A DNA stretch of 64,000 bases. Origin: Guillardia theta CCMP2712. Taxonomy: Eukaryota > Protista > Cryptophyta. Where the stretch lies: assembly GCF_000315625.1 (NCBI RefSeq), contig NW_005434629.1:444575-508574 (forward strand). Reading direction: 5' to 3'. A program made the translations under genes and the position numbers. The notes below the pieces were generated by a model. It searched no databases, had not been told where the DNA came from, and saw only the letters and a list, made by a program, of their open reading frames with translations. Positions 25,201 to 44,153 of this stretch are shown one piece after another; position 1 is the first letter of the stretch, and each line of letters opens with the position of its first letter.

Positions 25201-26104
25201 GCATAACGTTGAAATCAGAGTCGTTTGCAACGACGAACGTCCTTGTGTCCGACGATCGGCAGATCAACCAGATGTCTATATCTGCCTCCATCAGGCTCGT
25301 GCGGACCTCTGCCCCACACTTGCGCAGGGTAGCGATGGCTTGATTCTTAGCAAGACATGGCGACTGCCAGGCTTGACGTAACGCATTCTGTCACCAAGAA
25401 CATCAGCATTCCTCCCTCTTCCACTCTCACTGATCGCACTCTACCTCTGACAGAGAGGATGGGTCCTTGTTGTTCTGTATGTACGAGACGATCTGGTCCA
25501 TGTTCTCGCTCCTGTCTGCAAACCTGACGGACATGCACTCGTCAGCCACGAGGAGGGAGGGGTCGATCAGCAGGTAGCACCTCCTCTCATGCTCCCTCCT
25601 CTTCATCTCCGGCCCTTCGGTCCCCCGCGCTGGATCGAAAACCACCAGAACGTCCACCTCGCATCGCTGCAAATTCCCCACCAGGTCTTGGAGCTCTGCA
25701 GGGGAGGAGCTGAGAAACGAAGCTGAGCACGCCTCTCACCTGTAGCAAACATCTTGTAGTCGCCCCCAAGGATCCACTGCCATGTTGGGCAGAGCTCTAA
25801 GAGGCCGCAAGTCAGCCAATGGCGCCAGCGGGACACGGGTCGTTACTCTGAAATACGTGATGGATAAGAAAGAAGCCGTCTATGATCAGCAGCGGTTTCT
25901 TGCCCCCCTGCCGCATCGCTCAGCCCTCAGCATGCGACATGGTCGTCTTGCTCACCTTCCCCGTCCTCTCCCTCGACATCTCGGTTAGGCTATGGCAGGC
26001 AGTTAGCGCTTCCCCTCCTCCTCCCCACCTCCAACTTACTTCACGAGCTCCGAGAGCTCTTCGGCCTTGGACGAGCATAGCGTCTGGAGGCCTCTGACGC
26101 CCAT
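19249..26104 (-). CDS. Fusion protein: Asteroid/FAM120-like (XPG/FEN-type PIN) nuclease + Spindle-E/TDRD9-like DEAH helicase + R3H + LOTUS-like tail
   Basis: Hand-spliced N-terminus: MGVRGLQ, LLIIDG, WILGGDY, VLVVFD, MEAD, VANDSDF, LWEFAALCSND, then LAELLE..PEPSKLFSARLF. An in-frame phase-1 intron (23840-23707) leads into GETGCGKS, QPRRLAA, DEVHER, MSAT, FLPG, STNIAESSITIPDV and QRQGRAGR, then an HA2 region, ERKLVH..HESY (R3H) and a C-terminal LVLGIVANHPRGLS. An N gap at 24643-24742 hides some exons. Confidence 0.85.
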
Positions 26105-27700
26105 CCTATTGCGAGGGACGACCGAAAACCTGCAGGAGAAGGTCAGAGTACACGAGGACACTTAGCTCGCTCCTTCGCTGTTCCCATGCACACACCCCTT
26201 CACCCAGCCCTCATTATCACGATCTCAACATGAAGGACCCATCAACTGCTGACCCTCCTCATGTTCCTTCACTTCATCCTGCTTCCCATCATGATCCTGA
26301 TCCTGCTCTTGCTCCTGCTCCCGCTCCTGCTCTTTCCTCTTCCCCCTCAGGGTCCGCCTCTGTGGCGCCATTCTATCCGCCCCAACACACTGAGGCGGGC
26401 CAGCAATAACTCCTAATGCACTCGTTCATGTTCGCTCGCACCCCCTCACAGCGTTCTACTCACTTGGCCAGCCCCTTCCCCCTCAGCCTCGGCTCCTCTC
26501 CTCCTCCACGCTGGTGACATGACTTGATCCTGCTGACGCTCGTCCCCCCGTCCTCTCCACTTGCCGTCGGTTCATCCATGGGATGTGATAGGCCTGCATG
26601 CCTCGAACCAGTGGTCGTTACGGTCCTGCCATGGGTCCTGCGGCATCCAGCAGCGCCATGCTTCTCTAGGCTCGTCTGGCTATTGTTCAGCATGGCGCAG
26701 CTCTTCGGGCGACGACAGCTCTTGGGCGCTGCCCCGGGATCCTCTCCGACCCTTGCAAGGTGTCTGAATCCATCACGCATCTCCGTTTGCAAGAGAGTCG
26801 GAGTCCTTGGGTTCAAGCACCACAGCATCGCTCTACGAGTCGCCGGGAGACGGTCGACTTTGTCTTCTGTCACCTTCATGCTCCTGCCATGGCGGGGCTG
26901 GTCTTGGGCGACCATCTTACGCGTCCTCTGAGCAGCTGTTGAGCCCCAGCCTGCCTCCCTGCGCTCTCCCAGGCAGGGCACCACAAGCTCTCGGATCATC
27001 GCACCTGTCATACTACCCACAATCCGACCGACGCCTTCCCGTCCATCGCTGCAGGCCCGGGAGGACTCCTTCATGCTATCGGACAGCGGCTTGTCGGGCA
27101 CCTGGAGGATCGCCATGGCGCGAGCCTGACAGCGGGAATGGATGCATGCAGGCAGGAGGCGGCCCATTGGGACTCTGAGTCTCATCGTCTTCATGCTCGA
27201 CTGCTCGTCTGCTCCGACAACGTCGAGCTCGACAGATCTTCCCGTCCTCCACGCGCTCCTGCTTCTATGTCCTGCACGCTCCGACTCCTGCTGTCTTAAA
27301 GCTTCAATCTAGGTGGGTCATATATATAATTTTGCTGCCTTTTTCAATTATCAATAAAGTCATTGAGGCGGGTTGGAGTATATACACTCTCCTTGCCTGC
27401 CTTACCAATGGCACACGCTTTCAGGGAGGCCATGGCGGCATGGAGGTCGGCAGGACTCCCAACCTGATCCCCTTCCATCCTCCCTCCTCCTTCCTCCCAT
27501 CCCTCCTTCACTCTCTGCCATCTTCTCTCTTCCTCTCTTCTGGTTCTTTCTGTTGCCCCCCTCTTCTTTTTCTCCCTCCCCACAAATCCCCGCCCGCAGA
27601 TTCAGTCTGCCCATCGGTCGCGCCCTCTCTCCTTGCCTCTTCCCTCTCCTCTGCTCCTCCTTGAATCTTCGTTGTCTTCTGATCTCTGTGATCGCCTGCC

Positions 27701-34830
<7,130 letters not shown>

Positions 34831-34871
34831 GACTGGAGCTTGTCTTGTTGCCTCCACCGGGAGGTATGCAA

Positions 34872-34985
34872 CAGACAGCCATGCAGCTTATGCCGCAGAC
34901 AGCCATGCAGCTTATGCCGCAGACAGCCATGCAGCTTATGCCGCAGACAGCCATGCAGCTTATGCCGCAGACAGCCATGCAGCTT
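34872..34985 (+). repeat. 24-bp minisatellite (CAGACAGCCATGCAGCTTATGCCG), about 4.7 copies
   Basis: Perfect tandem copies beginning about 40 bp after the helicase stop codon. Confidence 0.95.
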
Positions 34986-35233
34986 TCTTGTCGCTGTTCC
35001 GGCGGCAGCATGAGCATTTGTGCTCCATCTTATGATTGCAAACACATTCCATACCTGTCTGCTTACAGCACGACTCTTTACTGCGAATGAACTGTTTAGA
35101 CATTTATTATTAACTCCTTTCACTGCTTAATTATTGATTATTTTGAACAAATCACGCAGTACACACTTGACAACATTTCACAGCTCTCTCCACAAGAATC
35201 TCAGCTCAGACTTCCCTCATTTCAACCTTCACT

Positions 35234-36335
35234 TCACTCATATGAAAACTTTGATACATCGTTGAAGGTGTTGTGTGCTCGCCGTGACTCTGCAAGGCTT
35301 TCCCTTATCTCAGCGAGCTGCTTCGAAACAATATTCTGCACAATCCCGTCATCTGATTCCCTTCCCGCCCTGCTCCTCCTCTACCACCCATGCTCTGATC
35401 CCCTCTCCTCTTCTCTCCTGCCCTTCCATCTGCTCTCCTGCCCTTCCATTTGCTCTCCTGCCCTTCCATCTCACGTCCTCTCCTCTCCCTCACCATTCCG
35501 CTTCGAATCAGCGCTGTCTCCGAGTCGACCGAGCCCCTGGACTGCAGAGAGGGCTTGCTGGCACTCTTGTTCTCATGGATCGCTATGATCTGCAACAACC
35601 ACCATCATCGATGAAAGTTCATCAAAGGAGCTCCCCACAATCTGCTTTCTCTTCCCGTCCTCCACCATGCTGGAATACCGCTGCAGGCTGGTGTTGCCCG
35701 GGATCCCTACCACGTCCCCCTCCACCTTCATGACCTTGGACTGAGTCAGAGAGGATACTGCATCCTAAACATCTCAAGCAGGAGAACCTCGATCTGCGGC
35801 CAGGAGGTCGACGTGGCTGACTTGGCATGCTCGTGCCTCGCAGCGAACCTGGGCTTGTAGAGCGGGTCTGACTGGGACATCGCCCCCTCTCGTTCATGAT
35901 TGAGAGACATCTTCTTGCGAGACTGCAGTACACAACAAGTTAGACCTTCCGTCTCGAGCCCTCGTTGGCCCTGCAAGCACCATAGCTGTCCGGTTCGCTC
36001 CTCCTAGCCTGTAGAACTGTTTCTTCGGCAAACTCATGGCGGGCTCCGAATGCAGCGTCATCTGTGGAGAGCACTTCACAAGAGCGCACATGGGCGGAGG
36101 ATAGCTTCTCTCTGCATACCATCTTCTCCACCGCGCCACGGCCCTCCCCCGGGCTCTTGTCGCCCGGGTCCTTGAGCTGCTCCGCCAATCCCTTCCTGTG
36201 CTGCCTCATCCTCCACACCGTCTCGTCAACAGTCTCTCACTCCCATGACCCTCTCGTCGGTCCTCCTCCTGCGATCCTCGTGAACGAACTCGCAGGTCCT
36301 CGCTTCCTCCTCCTCAGTCCTCTTCCTCTTGTCAT
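35234..36335 (-). CDS. Hypothetical multi-exon protein (boundaries approximate)
   Basis: Several coding-like segments separated by GT-AG introns, ending ...NIVSKQLAEIRESLAESRRAHNTFNDVSKFSYE*. No recognisable domain. Confidence 0.35.
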
Positions 36336-36514
36336 GCGCAGCACATCAAGAAATCATTGCTCGCGTACTCAAACAAGGGTCCTTCAAGGAAAGGGTAAAT
36401 CAACAAGTCCGCCTCACCAAGAGACTAACGAAGAAAGAGTGACAGCTGTCAGAGTTGTCAAGTTGATCCTCTCGAGGTACCCTAGTACCTTCAGTGCCCC
36501 GGGCCCCATTGTCG

Positions 36515-36708
36515 AGGCTACTGATCGGAGCTAGCCTCACCTCAGGCTACTGATGATCGGAGCTAGCCTGATCGGAGCTAGCCTCACCTCAGGCTACTGA
36601 TGCCATGTCATGATCGGAACTAGCGGCCTTACCTCAGGCTACTGATCGGAGCCAGGCTCTAGCCTCACCTCCGGCTGCTGATCGGAGCTAGCCTCACCTC
36701 AGGCTACG
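36515..36708. repeat. Degenerate 29-bp tandem repeat (CTACTGATCGGAGCTAGCCTCACCTCAGG), about 6 copies
   Basis: Repeated AGGCTACTGATCGGAGCTAGCCTCACCTC units with indels. Confidence 0.85.
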
Positions 36709-37590
36709 TCAAGCAGTTGATGTGGCTCGGTGCACAGATGCAGGCCATGGCATACTTCAAGTTCATAGGGACTCCCCCGCGCTGAGTAGCCGCGGGGGAG
36801 AGCCATGTGCTGAAGCAACTGATCGGAACAAGTTTATGCCAAGACAGCTTATATCGGATTTCTACAGGACAGCAGATGGCAGGATATAGCAGCCTGTCAA
36901 TAACGGCTAGGGGTCACGTTGGAAGTATCACCCCTGAAGTCATGGACATGGGAGAACAAGGGGTCTGATCAAAGAAGACAGTACTATCAGAATTATTCTA
37001 CCGGAGGCCACTGTGACGCGTCTGAGGAAGACACGGGACCACCTCACTCAGCAGATTATAGGGAACACACGGGATCCGTCAGGGTCAAGGGAGCAGCTAC
37101 GTCAACTTCACAGAGAGCGTTGGATGAGAATCGAAGACCTCGTCATGTCAAGCCTATGACTCTTTCTCAGGAGACCTGGTGCAAGGCTCTGGGACTATCA
37201 CCTGGACCGGTCGAGGAATCATATCGCTGATAAGAAGCGCGGAGTAACGGTAGTAGTCTTCACAATCATCATCCCTTCCATTATCTCCTTCATCAACATC
37301 AACACACCCTTCATTGTTAACTCCATTCATCTATATAGTCATCACTATCATCATCATCTCGCTCATTATTACCAACATTGTGGATAGTGTGTTGGTGTTA
37401 TCAAATAAATAAACTTCATATCTCTTCTCTTCACCTTTGCGTGTGATCTAGCGGAGGTGCCTTGAGCAATCGCTGTAGATTTCTTCAACCCGTAAAGCTT
37501 CGGGTTGTGACACCATCTTCTTCTTTTCCTTCATCATCATCATCATCATCTTCTTCTTCTCAATACATCATCTCCATCTCATTCATTATC

Positions 37591-37704
<114 letters not shown>

Positions 37705-38199
37705 GNNNNNNNNNNNNNNNNNNNNNNNNNNNNNNNNNNNNNNNNNNNNNNNNNNNNNNNNNNNNNNNNNNNNNNNNNNNNNNNNNNNNNNNNNNNNNNN
37801 NNNNNCATCATCATCGTCATAGCTCCTCGTCATTGTCATCAGCATCCTCTATATTATCATCACTTTCATCATCGTCATAATCTGCTTCTTCTTCACCACC
37901 ATCATCATCCCCTCCTTCATATTGATCATTATTATCGTCCCCTTTATCATCGTCATCGTCATCGTCATTCTCATCATTATCTATATCATCATCACTAACA
38001 TCATCGTTATCTCCTCCAGTTTTACATAATCTCCATCTTCTCCTTCATCTTCTTCATGATCCCCTCCATCATATCATCATCGTCGTCGTCGTCATTATCG
38101 TCGTCGTCGTCGTCATGATCATCATGATCCTCCATATTATCATCTTCACCATCATCTCCATCATCATCATCTCTATCATCATCATCTCTATCAAAAAAG

Positions 38200-40080
38200 A
38201 AATTCAAATTCGATTTCTGCCGGGCAAAGCTATGTACGTCCATACCAGGGGCAAGCCACAGAATCTGATGAGAGAAACAAGCGAATCATACTAAAAGACG
38301 AGGAGAAACGAGCGGCGTTCGAAAGTGGCAAGATGTGCCGATGTTCACCACGTGTGTTGACAGATTCAAACAACAAGAGAAACAAATTAATTTACAGAGG
38401 ATCTTGCACTTAAAATAGTGATGATACCTGGATTTTCAAGCTGTTCATTTCCTGCAATGTCATAGTCATGCAACTTGGTCTATGGAGTTTGAAGGCGAGA
38501 ATCTTCTAGCTTCAGCGACCCAACATCTTCAGTTGAGTCTTTGTGCTATATCATTATTTGAAGTGCAATACATACTAAAGGTCCTTGGAAATGTTTTTGG
38601 ACAAACATTAGAAGGATTTTCTGGGTGTGTCTAGTCTCACTACGAGTAAGTTTTCCAGCAATACGCGTCTGGAAAATCACATGCAGGCACAACGGCCATG
38701 CATGAACATTTCAATTGACTTCGTACACGCATTGGCAATACTCACAAGAAGAATCGAAAGCTTCTCTCTCGAACCGAACAATGGTCTACTTCACACTTCG
38801 ACAAGTGAATGCTTTGCAATTCGCCGTTCACGATTACTTGTTGAAGTAAGTCTGAGATGTTGCTTTTCACAATGCCAGTAGCCAAATTATCATTCTACAG
38901 TTATGCAAAATTGTTGAATGAAGATGTTGATACAAGTGAGAGTCCAAGAGCGTCCTTGAGAGATACGTTCTGCAGACTGCAAATATTTTGCAGATGGTAT
39001 GAAGTTCTGACATTGCCCAGTCAATTAAAGAGGGGGAGAAATCATTCACTCCATGGGAAATTAAGCAACAAATATCAGATCGACTGAATGACTTGAGAGA
39101 AAACAAGGTCCGCTTTAGATTCGACGAATAGTTATCCAATCCAGACATTTCTCCCATTTCTAAGAAGTTGCTTTTCTTGACGGAGTGCATCAATCACCTG
39201 TTCAAGAATGTCAGGCATTCGATTTGATCAGGGAAGTCGCAATCTTCATCAAGGGAAGTAAAGATATGGCATAAATCTCACAGTGATATTGCCAAGAAGA
39301 ATCCTTCATTCATGACTTAAATGGAGGTCGACGGGACCGCTGATCCAGTCGGTGGATATCATGCTGGAGATGTTCAATGACAAGGCCATCAGTCTGCTGA
39401 AGGCAGAAGGGTATGAAGCGACGTCATGAATTGCAGAGACTATGGCTGGCTTTCACAAAGCATTCGATCAAAGAGGGCTGAATGGTTCAGAGCCGGCGAG
39501 TCTCGTACACGATGGTCGCAGCTGGCTGTGGAAGGCATCGGCAGGACCAGTGTCAGCCAAAGATATGTCAAAGGACATATCTTTCTGTCACGTGTGAAGG
39601 CTTTGTGGTTGCAATTGATACTCATTTGCAAGTACAGTAGCATGTGAAAGGACAGAATCATGTGCTGGGAGATGGGGGCCCCCATCTCTAAATCTCTAAT
39701 TCTCCAACTCTCTGCACCATTAGTGTTGTGGTCTTTGATCGGCCATCTGAACAAGAAGGATTTTCTGGGAAAATTCAACCAGATGTTCGCGAAACTATAT
39801 TATCAAGTGGATCCAAACCTGCCTTTTGTATACGAGCATTCGAAGAAGCGAATTGTCCTCAGAAAAACGCCGAACATAAAACTTTCAATGTACGGGATGG
39901 ATCAAATAGTAACGAGGAACCAGAAATAAGAAATAACACATAGGAGAACAAAATAGAACGATTCTATGATGAATCAGAAGAATATGATGGAGAGTTCATC
40001 AGTAATATGCCCCGGTTGCGGGAATTGCGTGGCGTTGCTGGTTGCAAGACGAAAAAGAGAATACGTAATGTAGAAAATAT
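38200..40080 (+). pseudogene. Decayed AT-rich ORF remnant, possibly a DNA transposase (P-element-like)
   Basis: Lower GC than flanking genes, no clear introns, and protein-like fragments broken by stops and frameshifts, e.g. QSVDIMLEMFNDKAISLLKAEGYEATS*IAETMAGFHKAFDQRGL (39345-39480), SQLKRGRN and YQVDPNLPFVYEHSKKR. Confidence 0.35.
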
Positions 40081-40564
40081 TTAGCGCTGCAACGATGGCA
40101 TCCAAATGATTGATATCATGATATAGATCTCAGATGGACCATGGTGGTTTCACGATTGTCATCATTGCACAGGCTGAATTAATCATCCTCAAACCTGGTC
40201 GCCGCCTTGCAGCCATTGCGGTTTCCTGCAAACTCACCCACCCCCTCCAAGAAAGGCAGTGCATTCAGCGGTACCCCCTAGTTTACCTACCCCAACCCTT
40301 GAACCCCTGCTTGAACCCTGGGCATGGGCCCGGACTGTTTGGTCGGCCCAGTGTTGCACGCATATTGAAGGCCGGGGCCGCCCGGCGGCCCGCATGCCAG
40401 GGCCGTTCCGCCGGCCGCATTCAAGTTTCAGTGTCACCGTGACGGCCAGGTACATTGAGAATGCCATTTATTGATTTCACCAAACTTGACCCTAAATACA
40501 TCCAAGAATATCTCTCCTTTCTTGCAGCTGCTTTCAACCATCATGACAGGGCCAATCACCGTCG

Positions 40565-41594
40565 TCACAGTAGTGCACTTGCGCTTCCTACTATGACGCT
40601 TTCAAGCTCTTCTCGGTACGCAACTTCCACAGGTACATCCCAGCCTACATGTGGAAGGACATCGTCGAAAAATAAATCCAGCCCCTTCGAGTCCCCAAGA
40701 AATTCCTCTAGCAGGAAATCCTCTGCCATCCCTTGGGAAGCCGATGCGAAATCCTGCTCCTCTATTCCCTTGTGCCCGGCGACCAATGATACTGCAATAT
40801 TCTCTTCTTCCGACTGGCGCCCAAAATCGACAGGTGTAGAGCGCGAAGANNNNNNNNNNNNNNNNNNNNNNNNNNNNNNNNNNNNNNNNNNNNNNNNNNN
40901 NNNNNNNNNNNNNNNNNNNNNNNNNNNNNNNNNNNNNNNNNNNNNNNNNCTACCGTTCTTGGGCTTGCAATAAACTCGCCGAGGACTCTTGCTCCAGTTC
41001 TTCGTCACCTTCACCCACTCCGAAAATCTCCTCCGACAGCACTGGACTAGTGTCTCGAAGGACATATCCGTGCCAACCTTGTACAGTAGCTGACGAAGCT
41101 TTTCCCAACCTATCCTGAGCTCTGCGAGCTCTTGAGGGTCGTCGGGGTTCTTCCATCGCCTGTTGCAGAACAAGTATCGTGCACCTGTGCGACGATAATA
41201 TTAGACTCTTGCATGCAAACGGCTGCGCAAAGACGTACCGCTGCCCTTCGCAAAGTCTCTGACTTCTACATCGTTTGGTAGGTTACAGCGATTGCGTATC
41301 TTGATGAAGCCTCCTCTCTCAAGCACCTTGTTAAACTCCACTTCCGTGAGCCCAAAGCTCCCCACTGATTGCTCCCGACTTCGGACCACACCAGGGATGC
41401 ATTCCTTTAGGCCATCATACATGGAAAGATAGCCCTTTCGAGGGATGAAGAGATGATTTAAGGTAGGAGTGATCGTTGAAACCTGAGCTCTTATCAACTT
41501 CGAGCAAAAGAGAATGATAGAGATCATCGCTCACCGTCTGCGCAAAGCAGAGACCAACGACCTTGCTCTCTTGAGTAGCTGCCGGTCTTACCAT
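40565..41594 (-). CDS. Hypothetical protein, left copy of the inverted duplicate (3 exons; N gap inside)
   Basis: Reverse complement of 43139-44153 with the same exon structure; ends in TGA at 40567-40565. Confidence 0.7.
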
Positions 41595-43138
41595 GGAGGC
41601 TAGAAGCAGGAAGAAGGGGACGAGTACGCGAAAACTGAATGGCAAATGTGGGGAGACAGGCAAGGTTTTATACCAAGAGTATTTTTGACAAAAAAAGAAA
41701 CAGTCTCTCACTGAAACTAAGATTCCGAAGGTACCGTGACTTGAAGGGCAATGTCTGTCAGCACATGGTTTTACTACACAAGCACCTCCTTGTGACCCTT
41801 TTTTCGGGATCTGCCGATGGTACTTCGGAGAAAGAATGCTTTTTTTGCGGGAACTGCCGATGCCAACAGGGATGAAAGGGAGTGATTTCGATCATTCCCG
41901 TCGTGTGCCTTCAAAAATATCCCGCACAATGACCAGATGACCCGGTGCAACGCCGGTGGTTCATACCCTCGTGCCAGGGTTCAAGGGCAGAAGTAAACCG
42001 TGACTCGAAGCCGGTATTAGGAATATTCGGAATGCTCGAAAAAAAAGGAAGACTCTGGCAGGCTGTTGAACTTTTTACAAATGTTTTTCCGAGCTCCGAG
42101 CTCCGAGGGCTCCCCGGCGGACGGAGTCCCGATGATTTATTAAGTTGCAAGTTGCAAGCCAGTCTATTTATAATCATCGGTGACAAGTTGTGACGATTCT
42201 ACGAGCCGCGCCCTCCACTACTAATAAGTTAACCGTCACGTTGGTCCGATCTTCACGTTTACTCAAAGTTAAGTTAAAAAGCAGTACGATCAGCATCATC
42301 GGAGCGCGGCCCGGCCTCTCACAGAGACTCAACTTAGGAGTTCGAGCGGCCGCCGCACGCGGCGTGCCGCAGTGAAGCGGCCGCGCCTCCGCCGGGCGGC
42401 CGGGTTCTTGAAGCCCAGTGCCTAGCCTCACGAGTCAGTGCTGCTTATATGTCCAAGGTCTAGTTCACGGTCCGGGCCGGCGTGTGCCCCGGCTTCACTG
42501 AAAATTTAACCTAGTAAACTTGAAAGCCATTAATAAACAGGATTTGGACAAGAACCTGAAATATTACTAATTGGATTTCAGGTATAGCTAAAAATCGTCG
42601 TATGACCCCCCTTTCCGCACCCACTACCAGGCTCCAGACCACAACTTCCACAAAACTGCGTAACACAAAACTATAGCCGGGTCAGATGATGGCAGGGTCA
42701 AAACTTGACACGATGACTCTATATGGTTGCGTTCGTCAGCTCAGTGGAGAGTCGGCATGAGAATCCGATTCGCATCATCGGACTTGAAACTTCACCGGGA
42801 CTCCGTCCGGGAGCCGCTCGGAGCTCGGAAACACATTTGTAAAAAGTTGAATAGTGTCTTCCTTTTTTTTCGAGCATTCCGAATATTCCTAATACCGGCT
42901 TCGAGTCACGGTTCACTTCTGCCCTTGAACCCTGGCACGAGGGTATGAACCACCGGCGTTGCACCGGGTCATCTGGTCATTGTGCGGGCTATTTTTGAAG
43001 GCACACGACGGGAATGATCGAAATCACTCCCTTTCATCCCTGTTGGCATCGGCAGTTCCCGCAGTCACGGTACCTTCGGCATCTGAGTTGTCAATAAGTT
43101 TTCGCGTCCTGGTCCCCTTCTTCCTGCTTCTAGCCTCC

Positions 43139-44153
43139 ATGGTAAGACCGGCAGCTACTCAAGAGAGCAAGGTCGTTGGTCTCTGCTTTGCGCAGACGGT
43201 GAGCGATGATCTCTATCATTCTCTTTTGCTCGAAGTTGATAAGAGCTCAGGTTTCAACGATCACTCCTACCTTAAATCATCTCTTCATCCCTCGAAAGGG
43301 CTATCTTTCCATGTATGATGGCCTAAAGGAATGCATCCCTGGTGTGGTCCGAAGTCGGGAGCAATCAGTGGGGAGCTTTGGGCTCACGGAAGTGGAGTTT
43401 AACAAGGTGCTAGAGAGAGGAGGCTTCATCAAGATACGCAATCGCTGTAACCTACCAAACGATGTAGAAGTCAGGGACTTTGCGAAGGGCAGCGGTACGT
43501 CTTTGCGCAGCCGTTTGCATGCAAGAGTCTAATATTATCGTCGCACAGGTGCACGATACTTGTTCTGCAACAGGCGATGGAAGAACCCCGACGACCCTCA
43601 AGAGCTCGCAGAGCTCAGGATAGGTTGGGAAAAGCTTCGTCAGCTACTGTACAAGGTTGGCACGGATATGTCCTTCGAGACACTAGTCCAGTGCTGTCGG
43701 AGGAGATTTTCGGAGTGGGTGAAGGTGACGAAGAACTGGAGCAAGAGTCCTCGGCGAGTTTATTGCAAGCCCAAGAACGGTGGAGCAAAGCAGGTTGATG
43801 CAGCGCTGAAGATTCCATCAGGGGAGCATCATTGCCTGTCGAGCTCCTTGCCGTCTTCCTCCACTTCATCTTCGCGCTCTACACCTGTCGATTTTGGGCG
43901 CCAGTCGGAAGAAGAGAATATTGCAGTATCATTGGTCGCCGGGCACAAGGGAATAGAGGAGCAGGATTTCGCATCGGCTTCCCAAGGGATGGCAGAGGAT
44001 TTCCTGCTAGAGGAATTTCTTGGGGACTCGAAGGGGCTGGATTTATTTTTCGACGATGTCCTTCCACATGTAGGCTGGGATGTACCTGTGGAAGTTGCGT
44101 ACCGAGAAGAGCTTGAAAGCGTCATAGTAGGAAGCGCTAGTGCACTACTGTAA
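43139..44153 (+). CDS. Hypothetical protein, right copy (exons 43139-43198, 43251-43494, 43549-44153)
   Basis: In-frame GT-AG joins give MVRPAATQESKVVGLCFAQT-VSTITPTLNHLFIPRKG...FAKGS-GARYLFCNRRWKNPDDPQELAELRIGWEKL..., with an acidic C-terminus. Confidence 0.75.

Noticed and set aside
34872-34985. CRISPR-like array
   Set aside because: Contiguous tandem repeats with no unique spacers, a eukaryotic context and no cas genes.
36515-36708. CRISPR-like palindromic ~29-bp repeats
   Set aside because: Repeats are adjacent and degenerate, without regular spacers.
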